A stretch of 64,000 bases of DNA from Octopus vulgaris (lineage: Eukaryota): contig OX597817.1 in assembly GCA_951406725.2 (NCBI GenBank), positions 32,674,001 to 32,738,000 on the forward strand, given 5' to 3'. Positions 51,789-64,000 of the stretch are shown piece after piece. The translations under genes and the position numbers were made by a program. The notes under the pieces were generated by a model, which saw nothing but the letters and a program-made list of their open reading frames with translations, was not told where the DNA came from and searched no databases. The first letter of the stretch is position 1; each line of letters starts with the position of its first letter.

Positions 51789-52009
51789 TAAATACAGTAT
51801 AGGCATTTATATTAAATACAGTATAGGTAAATAGCTTATAAACACCTTCCACGCTGCAATTGTTTTCGTCCCAGCACACGATCTCAGATCAGGTCAATTG
51901 CTATGCAAGTACATCTCTGTAACAGTATAGGTATTTATATTAAATACAGTATAGGCATTTATATTAAATACAGTATAGGCATTTATATTAAATACAGTAT
52001 AGGCATTTA
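51789..52009. repeat. 24-bp minisatellite interrupted by a 92-bp insertion
   Basis: Unit TAAATACAGTATAGGCATTTATAT, about 5 copies; insert 51830-51921 flanked by ACAGTATAGGTA. Confidence 0.9.
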
Positions 52010-53760
52010 GAAAATATTGAGATTTGTATTCCCACATTGTGATCATCTGTGATCATACATCTGTAAGAATGTATGTATATTCTCATAATATATTCAAATA
52101 ATATAGTTTCTGCAATTCTGTATGTTAGACTGATTAAAATTCAATCATATGCCTTTAAAACTATTATTTGCCAGTGTTGATGTTATAAGCTTTGGTGGTA
52201 GTAGTAGTAGTGATGATGATGATGTTGATGACATTGATGATGGAGATGGTAATGGGTATAGAAAGAGAAAGAAAGAGGAAAAGGCTTATATAAAAGTCTT
52301 TCAAGTAACGTTTCTGGATAATATTTGACACACTCTCTGCTCTGAATATCTAAAACATCTTCCCTTACAAAATTCTTTAAGAAGACAGAGTTACAAGAAT
52401 TTAGGAATTTTCTCAAAAGTCCTGAAGCAATTTATTCGACTCGCAGTTAAATAGTATGACTTGTTATTTGTTCTCTTCTATATTGCAATTGATAATACGA
52501 TTCTGACTTGGAAGATTTTGAAATAACCTTACGCATGTGTCTTTCTTTGAGAGTTGTTATTTAAATGGATACATTAAAGATATTGTAGTATTCCTGACCA
52601 CCCTCTCACCAAATACAAATATGTAACTGAAATTTGAAAAAATAATTATACTAAAATCACAAAACAAAAAAAACAAAAAAACTCTAAAAAAAAATGACCC
52701 AATCCATGCCAGCATGGAGGAGAGGATATTAAAAATGGCGATGATCATAAGGAAGATATTGGATGCAGAAAAAAATTTCTAATATTCTTTTCTAGAGGCA
52801 CTTGTTGTTAAGTTTCTTCTATTTTGGTGAATAATTTAAGGATTTTCATTTTGTTACAGATTACGGTTGGTTAAACTTCAAAGTGTTTTTTTTTTTTTTT
52901 TAACTACAGTTTTGGAGGGCAGATAGTCAAAAAGAAAAGAAAGAATGAGTTGTGTGTATGTGTGTGTGTGGGGTGGAAGGAATATTGAATATTTCTTTAG
53001 TTAGATTGCTATTGATTTTGTTCATTTCTATAATTGGTTTTGTCGCTTAATGCACAAAGAAATGAGAAAATGCTGTTTGATTCTGTCTGTGGATCTGAAA
53101 GATGCCATTATATTTTATGTATTACCTGAATTTGAGGAATTTTAAAATATTTATATGATACCTGAATCTGAGGAATGCTTTGCTGCAGTTAAGAGAATAG
53201 AAATATATTTGAGAAGCTTATTTTTCAGTCATAAACTTATCACACTATCACTATTTAATAATAACCGTGTGTGTGTGTGTTTTATTAGTTTTGGTTTTAT
53301 GTTTGAAGATCAAAATAAGATAATTCTAAAAAGCCACAGATTGATAAAGCTAATTCCTTCCCAGTTCTCCAGTAACTTAGGCTCTTGTGTATTTTACACA
53401 TACATAAAAGAAAATTCTATTCCTTATTGAGTTGAATACCTGCATATTGTAAAATAATTTTCCAGCTGTGCTGATGCATATTTTTCAATTATTTAAACAA
53501 ATACAATTAAAATAAAATATCTTCTACACAGACACTGATGTTTCTAGTAGAATATAGAATTTCAAACCTATTGGTGAATGATTTTGTATTTTATTCATTT
53601 GTTGAAATATAAACTTAAAAGTGAAAATGAAGCATTTGGGTCTATCTCATTTGGAAATATCTGATTGGAGTTCATAATCCTGTTGCAAGTCTGATTGTAT
53701 ACATGAAAATAATTGTATGTACGGATCAAAGGATGGGAAATTGCAATAAAGACAAGTATA

Positions 53761-54260
53761 CTGTAAATCCTTGAGTATAATCTGCATTTTCCCCCCAAAA
53801 TTTAAAGGTCAAAATCCCTAGTGCGTACTATATATGTCCGAGTCTCTATTTGCTGTCCGAGTCTCTATTTGCTGTCCGGCAATGTTTATTCAGACGCATA
53901 TTGTGATGTTGGGTGCGAAAATACCTTAAGCTAAGCCTGAAAGCAATAAAGTCATAAATCCATAACTTGCAGTAAGCAACATTTATTAAAATAAAAGTAT
54001 TCAGAACACAGAATAACATGTAACAGAAACATGTGCAAACATATTTACATTCCCATATAACAGTTAAGAACATCACCATTATTGTATTACGCATGCGCGG
54101 AAGTATTTGTTCAACTAGGTGCTGCTGGCTTAATTATGCATGACTCAAGTTTGAGAAGGGGTGCGTATTATACACAAAGTTTAGCTTTTTCAGAGGAACA
54201 GCCCCCTAAAAATCCCCTGCATATTATACTCAAGGGCAGACTATACTTGAGGATTTACAG
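53761..54260. mobile_element. pogo/Tc1-mariner-type MITE
   Basis: TIR CTGTAAATCCTTGAGTATA / TATACTTGAGGATTTACAG (2 mismatches) with TA on both sides. Confidence 0.9.
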
Positions 54261-54372
54261 TAAATTATTAGTTCCTTTGTATGTTTCACTATTGCAGTTA
54301 TTTGGAACTAATTGCAATGGATCATCAGGGGACCACTTTATTGCATTCTATCATAACTAGTAACACTATTAA

Positions 54373-54593
54373 CCCTTTTGTATTTAAACCGGCCTTATTC
54401 AGTCAAAATATTCTATCTATTTTTACGTCTAAACTTTGCCAGATCCAGCTTCTCACGCATATCCTACAGTGTTTTTCTAAAATTAACATTCACATCATCC
54501 CAATCTCAAGGCTCCAAGTTACTGTATTATTAAATCAAAACAATATGGATGAATAAGCCTCACATTCGATAAAGTAATCTGAATACTAAATGG
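54373..54593. mobile_element. piggyBac-type MITE P2, diverged
   Basis: TTAA flanks, about 220 bp, similar to the other P2 copies. Confidence 0.82.
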
Positions 54594-54692
54594 TTAAATA
54601 CAGTGGTAGACTAACTACTATACTGGAAGCTGACTGGATAATGATAGTCTGCTTGGAACTCTAACTCATACAGTAGTAGTCATACATCTATC

Positions 54693-55084
54693 TCTTTTAC
54701 TCTTTTACTTGTTTCAGTCATTTGACTGTGGCCATAATGGAGCACCGCCTTTAGTCGAGCAAATCGACCCCGGGACTTATTCTTTGTAAGCCCAGTACTT
54801 ATTCTATCGGTCTCTTTTGCTGAACCGCTAAGTTATGGGAACATAAACACACCAGCATCGGTTGTCAAGTGATGTTGAGGGGGACAAACACACACATACA
54901 CACACACACATATATGTGCATATACATATATTCGATGGGCTTCTTTTCAGTTTCCGCCTACCAAATCCACTCACAAGGCTTTGGTCGACCCAAAGCTATA
55001 GTAGAAGACACTTACCCAAGACACTGAACCCAGGACCATGTGGTTGGTAAGCAAGTTACTTACTACACAGCCACTCCTGCGCCT
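54693..55084 (-). mobile_element. SINE family A
   Basis: Tail-to-head match to family A. Confidence 0.92.
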
Positions 55085-55384
55085 ATCTGTATACACAGGA
55101 TATGTATTTATGTGTGTACATATATAATGTCATCATCATCATCATCATCTACCATCTATCTTCCATGCTGGCATGGGTTGGACAGTTCAGTAGGATCTTA
55201 TGACACAGAGGACTGCATAGTGTTCCAATGTCTGCCTTGGCTTGCTTTTTTTTTCTTTTACTGCTGGATGCCTTTCCTAACACAAACTACTTTACAAAAT
55301 ATACTGGGTCTATCAGGCCTGAGAAACTTGATATTTAACCATATACATTGTTAACTGTGTTGAATTTGTATGTCTTATGTAATA

Positions 55385-55762
55385 CTAGCACTATCGCCCA
55401 GCATTGCTCGGGTTTGTTTTGACCCTTTAGAATTGAAATTTTTGAAAAGTAAAAATTTTGCATTATGTAGCTTGTTATTCTCTTTAAGTGAACATTTTTC
55501 TGGTTGAAATACACTGAAAAATGGCGACACAGCAATAAAAAAATCGTTAAAAAATTGGGATTTTCGTAGAAAAAAAGCACCTTTTTGATGTAAATAAATT
55601 TTTGGTGTTAACATGGTCCAATTTGAATTTTTTCTTTAAGGGAAGGAAGAGCAAGTCTTCTATCATACTCTCAATTTTGGTCAACTCGGAGGAGATAGCG
55701 TTAGTTGAAGGCTAATAAACCTGCCATACACAGACAACTTCAGCTTTATATAGATAGAGAGA
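55385..55762 (-). mobile_element. Non-autonomous Helitron
   Basis: On minus: A|TC 5' end, subterminal hairpin CCCGAGCAATGCTGGG, CTAG|T 3' end, no TSD; homologous to 58906-59297. Confidence 0.88.
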
Positions 55763-55786
55763 TTAAGTTAGTAGGGATAACAGATG

Positions 55787-56195
55787 CTGGCATTCCTGTG
55801 TGGTTAAAAAGTTTGCTTTCTAACTACATGGTTTTGGATTCAGTCCCACTGTGTGGCACCTTGGACAAGTGTCTTCTATTATAGCTCAAAGCTGACCAAA
55901 GCCTTGAAGCTTTGTGAGTGGATTTGGTAAATGGAAACTAAAAGAAGTCTATTACATACACTCGCATGCATGCAAGCTTATATTTGCACTTCTCTGAATC
56001 TTTGAGCTACAAGCACGATGTTGTCCATTTTCCTGTAAACAAATCCTCTGCTGACTGTGCCTTTGAAGACATTTAAAATAAGGAATTCTTTAGTTGAAAA
56101 ATAAGTAAGGGTTAGTAATTGGAAGGGCATCTAGCTGTAAAACATTACATTAATATGTCTAACCCATGCTAGCATGGAAAAATGGACGTAAAAAC
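55787..56195 (+). mobile_element. Older SINE (family H): family A head with family D-like tail
   Basis: A-type head, then GGAAGGGCATCTAGCTG...CCCATGCTAGCATGGAAAAATGGACGTAAAA shared with family D. Confidence 0.75.
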
Positions 56196-56576
56196 AAGAA
56201 GGAAGGAATGGTAGCATTAAATTCTGTGTTATGTGAATTAAAAGTAAACAGGGTATTAAATTGTAAGTTGTTTGTTGTGTCAAACTAAATGAAAGAAATG
56301 GTGTCAAAACTGTTGGAAATTATAAACTAAACTGCATGTCCTAAACTTTATTTGGCATCAAAATGTGATAGTACGAAGCATTGAGCTGTGTAAAAAAACT
56401 ATATATGTGTCATGCTTACAGATGTGGGTCTGTGTCCCACAAGCAGCCTTCGACTGTTTCTATCCAAAGGATTTTTTTTAACCCCAAATTTACATGCTGT
56501 TATTTATAGCCTTATCATTTACTTTGAGCTCCACTGTTCCCCAACCCCAAAAAGTAAATATTTTTCCTAATATTAA

Positions 56577-56796
56577 CCCTTTTGTTACTGTATTTATTTT
56601 AAGATGCTCTGTGCTTCTTTCAATTACTTTAAATATAACAAAGAATTTAGCAAAATAACTTAGTTATCATTCAGCTAGTGTTAGGAACATAAATTGTGAC
56701 TAAGGTTTGGTGGAAGATTTTAATTCAAAACTTATGAAAACAAGACATTTGTACTCAGAACCAGAGCTGGTTTCTGCCAGGTTGGTAACAAAAGGG
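56577..56796. mobile_element. piggyBac-type MITE P1
   Basis: TTAA-CCCTTTTGTTAC...GTAACAAAAGGG-TTAA. Confidence 0.92.
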
Positions 56797-58905
56797 TTAA
56801 ACTATACTTGGTATTAATTTCTAGTATTAATCCTGAATCTTTTACTTGGTGCCATAGCTGCTTTATATGAGATGATCTACTAAACTGTACTAGATATTAG
56901 ATTGTTCATAGTTTTTTAAAACTGTACATGATATGTTACAAAAACCTGTTCCTAGTATGTGGTATCGTGTATTAAAAAGTATTTTGAATTTAGTCTAATA
57001 ATATCTATTGTGCTAAATTCTGTGATAGAAGTGAAAAGCAGATTTTCCTCTGGCTATTTTACAACTGAGATCAATGCCTCATCAGTTATTGATATCAGAA
57101 ACCATTTGGCATATGAGTGAAATTTAACTGTTTGTTCATTTGCACGCAACCTGCTAATGTATTTCACTCTTCTTCATCTCGTTTTTCATGTTGGTTGGCT
57201 TCTACTGTTGGATGCAGGCCTTACTTTCACCTCCACCTTCATCTCCTCCACACTCTCTCTCACTTTCTCAAGGATTTAGTAAGAAAATTCTTGGAATATG
57301 ATGAGGATAGAAACTATTGCATCATTTGACACCTGCCACTGGTGTAAAGGCTGAGACTGGAGCAGCTTTCTCTAGTCAGATTATTGGATATGCCTAGTTA
57401 ACAGAAACCTTCTTTCTAGTAAATCTCTTTTATTTTTTATATATATATTTTTTTAATTTCTTGCCAATAAATTTGGTTGTATTTTGATTCATTTTACTTC
57501 TTTTATACTGAATTTTTTGTAAATAATTGGAAAAAAAAAAAAAGGAAGGCTTATGTTACATATGTATATATTCCTAGTAAATATATGAATTAATTTATAT
57601 ATGTGAATGGAAATGACTTCAGGAGATAAAGAAAATTTTTCTTTCCATTTTCCTCTGAGTTTCATTTAAAACACTCACTGACACCTCACTTAGTCTCTCT
57701 CTCTCTCTTCCCTCCTCCTCATCATCATTGCCGCCGCTGCCATCACCACCACCAACACTACCACTACTTTTGTGCAATAGTAATAGTTTTGTTTTGTATT
57801 TAAATTGTTCTTAAATTCTGCATAACACTTGTTTTATTTCCTTCATTTTATTTTAAAGTAATCACCATATAAATATAGAGACATGACTTCAGGAAATTAT
57901 TTCTTACAAACTAAACCAATGTATATATGTAAACATTTCTCTTTTTCTCTCCTTCTGCTTGTAAGGTTTTCCACCTTTGCTTTCTATTCCTATTTTTACT
58001 CTTGTCTCTCTCTATAGTTATTTTACATGATTTTATTTCTCTGGGCTTCTCTCTATCTCACTACCCTTTCTTTTTATCGCCTCCCTTCTCAGTTTAGTTT
58101 CTATCCCCTTTGTTTTAAATTCCACTGCATCACTCATTCATATCACTTATCACTATTCTTTTAGGTTTATTTATTTAGGTTTGAAGTCTATCTGTTTATA
58201 TTGTATAATTAGAAAGGAACAACATCAAGGCTGTTCTCAAACACGTTTGCATTCCTGTTTATCGTGTTTTTAAAATTTATGGTATGTTTTTAAGCAGGGA
58301 AGAAATTAGACATTTTCCACAAGTGACATAAATCCAGTCTTGTTTACAGAGAATACAAATTATGCCTTAACAGGAGGAAAGATACTTTAAATTAGTTATT
58401 TTTACGATAATATTGGTTTAAATGGCTTATGTAGGATTCTAGGGTTTGTTTATCATTATGGCTTGTGACTTTACAATAATTATTTAATGCTCAGTTTTGA
58501 TTGTGGTTACACTTTCAATTAATTCAACAGCTTGATATTACAATGATTACTGAAGTAATTTTGCTAGTGTCTTCAAGTTGTGGTTCCTATGGATTTATTA
58601 GTAGGGGAATAGTAGTAGTGTTTTTATGTTTGTTATATTGTCACTGAATATTTTAAAGTTTTTTTCTGCCACAGGGGAATAGCTGCAGTCTTAAGTTTAA
58701 TATATTCTTGCTCTTATATTACCATGTGTATCTTGGTCTAGAATACAGATACTTTGTCCTTGCATGTCATGAGGGTTGACTAAAGAATTGGTGATAGGAA
58801 GAGCAGCCAGCTGTAAAGCAACATCTGAAGAGATTAATCCAACTTATACCAACATGATGTAACTGGATCAATTCATTGTGATTTGGGTCATCTAGGAACA
58901 TGAAA

Positions 58906-59297
58906 TCTCTCTCTATATAAAGCTGAAGTTGTCTGTGTATGGCAGGTTTGGTAGCCTTCAGCTAACAGTATCTCCTCCGAGACCCTGCGGTGCAAGTTGA
59001 CCAAAATTGAGAGTATGATAGAAGAAGGCTTGCTCTTTCTTCCGTAGAAGAAAAAATTCAAATCGGATCATGTTAACACCAAAAATTATTTACATCAAAA
59101 AGGTGCTTTTTTTTCTATGAAAATCCCTATTTTTTATGATTTTTTTAACTGCTGTGTCGCCATTTTTCGGTGTATTTCAACCAGAAAAATGTTCACTTAA
59201 AGAGAATAACAAGCTACAAATGCAGAAATTTTACTTTTCAAAAATTCCAATTCTAAAGGGTCGAAACATATCTGAGCAATGCCGGTGATACTGCTAG
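58906..59297 (+). mobile_element. Non-autonomous Helitron
   Basis: Inserted between A and T, begins TC, ends CTGCTAG; inverted homolog of 55385-55762. Confidence 0.9.
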
Positions 59298-60419
59298 TAT
59301 TATTATACAACGCTGAAGACCATTAATGAATAAACATAATTTGAAGCTGGTTGAAACTACTAAAAGAATAAATTGCTATATAATAATAATATTGATAACA
59401 TCTAAATGAGGATGCTTCTTTTTTCACCTTTGATGAATGTAGCTTTGACCAGGAGGAAATGATGTTATCAAATGTGACTCTGGACTGGAATATCCTCCTA
59501 TCAGTTGGTTAGTAGAGGTAGCTAAATCACTGATCATCATTGCCTTCTCATTCCCAGTTCAACTTCCCTCACTTGCTCCATAATGAGCAAGTGGCACTTT
59601 CTGCTGCCTCTCCGATCCTGCACATATCTTTCATCCACTCTTATTGAATCTAAAGCAAATTTTGTCAATGGAATTGGCACAAACAGTAGGGAGTCACAGT
59701 ATTTGTTGAGTAGTATCATATTTGGTGTCTTATGTTTGTGAGATTCCTCTGTCAAATCAATAAAATAGCAGTATATTGGAGTCAGGTCAATTGCTTCATT
59801 TCTGGAAAATAAGGAAAAGGAAAAGTAAAAAAAAAACAAACAAAAAAACCTAATTTTAAAACTTCTTCTTTATGCATCATTTCTCTCTTCCTTTTTATGT
59901 GTGTGTGTGTTTTCTTTCTCCGTAGTAATAACAGAAAACCTTAGTACTGAACATCATTATTCATACCTTAACACTTTTAGCTGTGCATATTAACGTCTGA
60001 GCAAGTTACTCAGGCTGCAAAACATCATGAAAAATTTAATATTTCACAATTGAATTTTTCAACTTTCGGAAAATAGTACAGCAATCAAAATTGCTTATTG
60101 ATAACTTTCCATCACTAGGCATATTTTCAATAAATCTTGTACTTAAAGGGGTTTATACTTATTGATCCAGAGAATGAATTTTTAATATTTTTACATTTAA
60201 TTTGGTGTTTTAATATAGAAATAGAAAAGTATTCTAGTATTGTCTCCTATAAGTAGGACAGGAATTAGAAACTGGTGGTTTTGCTTATCAGCATCCTTGC
60301 TCTTAATATATTTATATCATTGATTCAGTATCAGGTAGAATGGGAGCATGTACTAAACAAATTCAGCGCAGTCATTAAATTCACATATTCTAGTTACCTA
60401 TTCTTAGTAACTGAAACAC

Positions 60420-60601
60420 TATATATTTTGTATGTGTGTGTGTGTGTGTGTATGTATACATGTATATATATTCCTATATATATGAGTAAATAAATAAAAT
60501 ATATATTTTGTATGTGTGTGTATATATGTATATAAATATATATATGTATATATATATATAAATATATATATGTATCTATCTATCTATCTATCTATCTACC
60601 T

Positions 60602-60686
<85 letters not shown>

Positions 60687-60810
60687 CCTATATATATATT
60701 CTTATATATATATATATGACTAAATAAATAAAATATGTGAATTAGTGACTACACTGTATTTGTTCTCTCTCTCTTTCTCTCTCTCCCTCTCACATACACA
60801 CACACACAGG
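60420..60810. repeat. Compound microsatellite (TG/TA/TATC/TC/CA)
   Basis: Directly visible. Confidence 0.95.
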
Positions 60811-61150
60811 TGTATACGTATGTATAATACAGAGCTAAAGATAAATGTTTTTAAAATACAAAAGCAATGAACATTGAATGAATAAAGGACTTAACGCATG
60901 TATGAGATTGGATTGGGTTGCCCATGTTTAGTCCACTGCAGGATGAGGGCATCAGCATGTTCGCTTCACCAGAGAATGGCTTGAGATCATATTGGTTCGA
61001 TGAGCTTACTCTCCCACACTGGCTCAACATGGCTTGGCAGAGGGGTGCAGTTTTCATACCCATACTGACCCCAAATGGGTGAAGGGCAAAGTCGATCTTG
61101 GCAGAATTTGTACTAGCTAACTAGCTCATCACATTACGTAGTGAAGCATG

Positions 61151-61194
<44 letters not shown>

Positions 61195-61195
<1 letters not shown>

Positions 61196-61669
61196 GATGA
61201 AACAGGGACAATTGAAGATGGGGAATATTCCTTGTGTTGTATGTCTTGTACTCTGTTTTTTCGTTGTTTGAAAAAAAAAGTTCATTTCTATGTTTTGTTT
61301 TTATGCTTTCATTTCTCATTGTGTTCAACGTTTTTTTGGTGTCCTGTACCCATATATGCATGTATATATACATATAGATGTAGGTATGTACATATATGTA
61401 TGTATATATGCATATATTTATGTATTATTTATGTTATACACACATACACACACACCCACATCCACATTATGTGACCGCTTGTGTATCGTTGGCGATTTTC
61501 TTTCTCTGTCTTCCCTTTCTTGGACCTTTCCTTTTTCTCTGTTTCTGAAGAAGAGCTCTGCTCGAAACGTTAAATCCTCCATCTTTCTTTCCTTTCCTGA
61601 GCATCCAATAACACTATACTTGTTCCACGTCCTCATGTTGTTGTGTTTTCTCTTTGTTCATGTTTGGAG

Positions 61670-61673
<4 letters not shown>
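61195..61673 (+). mobile_element. Family J: (TA)n-flanked non-coding repeat with a hammerhead (Penelope-like or retrozyme)
   Basis: Both ends abut TA/TG tracts; 61470-61655 is homologous to 41735-41903 and 61361-61430 to the 49.4-kb palindrome. Confidence 0.75.
61541..61575 (+). ncRNA. Minimal type I hammerhead ribozyme motif
   Basis: GTTT-CTGAAGA-A-GAGC(tct)GCTC-GAAA-CG-TT-AAAT: intact core boxes, 4-bp stem II, palindromic AACGTT in place of stem III. Confidence 0.72.
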
Positions 61674-61741
<68 letters not shown>

Positions 61742-62356
61742 TACATGCGTGCGTGCGTGCATGCATTCATTCATTCATTCTCAATGTGATAAGTGTTTTG
61801 TTTTAATGTTGTACTTACTGTGTGTCCACTTTTCTATGCTTGTATGGACCTGATGGAATTTGATGAGGTAGATCTTTCCATGGTTGGATGCTCTTCCTGT
61901 CACCAACTCTTACTTTTTACAAGCAAGGTAATAATATTCCATGGAAGACTATAAGCAAACGACATTGCTTGTATGACAGTGATGCTCATTTACAATCATC
62001 ACATGTCAAGACTTGGGTGCACAAGCACACATGCTTCTTGCAGTTTCTATCTAATGAATCCACTGAAGGCTTTGGTCAGCCTAGGGCTATAGTAGAAGAC
62101 ATTTCTGCAAGGTGTCATGCCGTGGGATTGAACCTATCAGGTATTTATTTGGATTGATTTAATCAACTTTAAGCTTCTTTTAGAAATGTTTGACATTTTG
62201 ACAATGTAGGGAATTGTGAAGAAATTATGATTCAGGTGTGGCTGTGTGGTGAGAAGTTTGCTTCCTAACCACATGGTTTTGGGTTCAGTCCCACTGTGTG
62301 GTACCTTGGGCAAGTATCTTTTACTACAGCCTTGATATGTGTGTGTTTATACATTC

Positions 62357-62677
62357 ATTGCCTTACTGGCACTCGAACAAAACATTCGAATGAGGTCATT
62401 GCCAGTGCTGCTGGACTGACTCCTGTGCAGGTGGCACGTAAAAAACACCATTTCGAGCGTGGCCGTTGCCAGTAGAGCCAGACTGGCTCTCGTGCAGGTG
62501 GCACATAAAAGCACCCACTACACTCTCGGAGTGGTTGGCATTAGGAAGGGCATCCAGCTGTAGAAACTCTGCCAGATAAGATTGGAGCCTGGCACAGCCA
62601 TCTGGTTGGCCAGACCTCAGCCAAATCGTCCAACCTATGCTAGTATGGAAAGCGGACGTTAAACGATGATGATGATT
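62357..62677 (+). mobile_element. Family D fragment nested in a family H SINE (about 62233-62945)
   Basis: D modules and (GAT)n tail inside an A-head/D-tail element. Confidence 0.85.
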
Positions 62678-63048
62678 ATGTGTGTGATTGTGTGTATGTT
62701 TGTGTCCTTTGTCTTGACATCATGTGATATTTGTAAACAAGTGTCGCCCTCATACAAGCAGTGTCCTTCATTTGCAATATTCTATGAAAATATATCTGGG
62801 CATATTATCTGGAAATATTACCTTGCTTGGAAACAGGTGAGGGTTAGTAACAGGAAGGGCATCCAGCCATAGAAAGTCTGTCTCAATAAACTCTGTCCAA
62901 CCTGTGCAAGCATGAAAAAGTGGACATTAAATGATAATGAAGATATTTATTAACCATTGTCCTAAATATATACATTTTCATATATTCTTAAGTATGGTTA
63001 GGTTGAAAATAGTCCCTAAAAGTATGATTTGTATATATTACTTACTAG

Positions 63049-63170
63049 TCATCATCATCATCATCATCGTTTAACGTCCGCTTTCCATGCTAGCATGGGT
63101 TGGACGGTTCAACTGGGGTCTGGGAAGCCCGAAGGCTGCTCCAGGCCAGTCAGATCTGGCAGTGTTTCTA
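63049..63170 (-). mobile_element. Short family D 3' end
   Basis: (CAT)n tail; flanked by TACTAGT repeats. Confidence 0.85.
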
Positions 63171-63816
63171 CTAGTGATATATTTAAAAAAAACAACCTAT
63201 TAATTAAGGCAATGGTTAATTGATTGATTGTACAGTGCTTGAATAAATAAGTAGAGCACTATTTTAGACATAGATAGTAGTGGGGAAGTAGCTGTTTGTT
63301 GTTGGAGTAGAGTCCAGTCAACAAAGCCCTTGTTTGTACAGTACCTTTATTACCTGTACTGAAGGACTATTGTGTCTATCATATTGTGTTAGTTCTCTTC
63401 CAAGGGTACAGCTGTGATGATAGGAAAGAAGCCAATAACTTTTGCTTAGTGAGACAGCTCTAGCAAGTTGACCAGGTTTGGCTCTACAGCAATAGTTAAT
63501 AACAGAATCATAATCCACAGATAACCAAACTATAGGCTCTGATAACCTGTATTAAATCTTTATTTATTGATAGTAATCAATAAATATATGAAATGCTGGC
63601 TGTTTAATAATTGAGTAATGATAGCTTATTCAATAGAACTGTTACTAGTAGTGTTTGTTGCCTCTCTTTTAGATTTATAAGCTATCTGATTGTTTGTTTT
63701 AGCATAAAGTTTTCTTTATAGCTAACTTCATGATTAATATTTAGAACAGGTTGCTATGTTTTGCTTTTAAAACTTCTGAATTGCAATCACAGGTATCCAA
63801 GAAAATTGACTGATTT

Positions 63817-64000
63817 ACTCTTTACTATTTACTCTTTTACTTGTTTCAGTCGTTTGACTGTGGCCATTCTGGAGCACCGCCTTTAATCGAGCAAATCGAC
63901 CCCAGGACTTATTCTATGTAAGCCTAGTACTTATTCTGTCGGTCTCTTTTGCTGAACTACTAAGTTACGGGGACGTAAACACACCAGCATCGGTTGTCAA
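63817..64000 (-). mobile_element. SINE family A 3' half (cut by window end)
   Basis: (TTTTACTC)n tail and body match. Confidence 0.92.

Noticed and set aside
51789-52009. Repeat-spacer-repeat pattern resembling CRISPR
   Set aside because: Units are directly tandem with a single insert and a TSD; eukaryotic context, no cas genes.
52850-52872. Possible 6-nt microexon (TTACAG|ATTACG|GTTGGT)
   Set aside because: Such short signals are expected by chance in T-rich DNA; cannot be supported without RNA data.
59537-59839. Minus-strand ORF after a good acceptor (TTTTCCAG near 59803)
   Set aside because: No recognisable protein similarity, no clear donor, and opposite to the apparent strand skew.
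61290-61853. 187-aa hydrophobic ORF
   Set aside because: Runs through the family J repeat and TA/TG microsatellites; compositional artefact.

Overview
AT-rich, repeat-dense eukaryotic DNA with no convincing intact protein-coding gene; almost all listed ORFs are read-throughs of SINEs and microsatellites. The repeat repertoire looks like a coleoid cephalopod (Octopus-like) intron or intergenic region; this is inferred from recognition, not from a search. It includes tRNA-headed SINEs with CORE-, Meta- and V-like domains, several RTE-clade LINE 3' fragments, CR1 and HERO remnants, piggyBac/Tc1/pogo/hAT MITEs, non-autonomous Helitrons and (TA)n/(CA)n/(CAT)n tracts. Family labels A-H, J and P1-P3 are my own working names. 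The main signal is a set of minimal type I hammerhead-ribozyme motifs in several different short non-coding repeats, many next to (TA)n tracts or long fold-back palindromes. One TSD-flanked element (6381-6764) joins a tRNA-type Pol III promoter to a hammerhead with an inverted partial copy, like a retrozyme or Penelope-dependent SINE. Also notable are SINE multimers with the same junction at two loci, modular SINE head/tail swapping, close inverted repeat pairs (candidate ADAR substrates) and one candidate 64-nt exon. Coordinates were read by eye and repeat ends are approximate unless a TSD or TIR is quoted.
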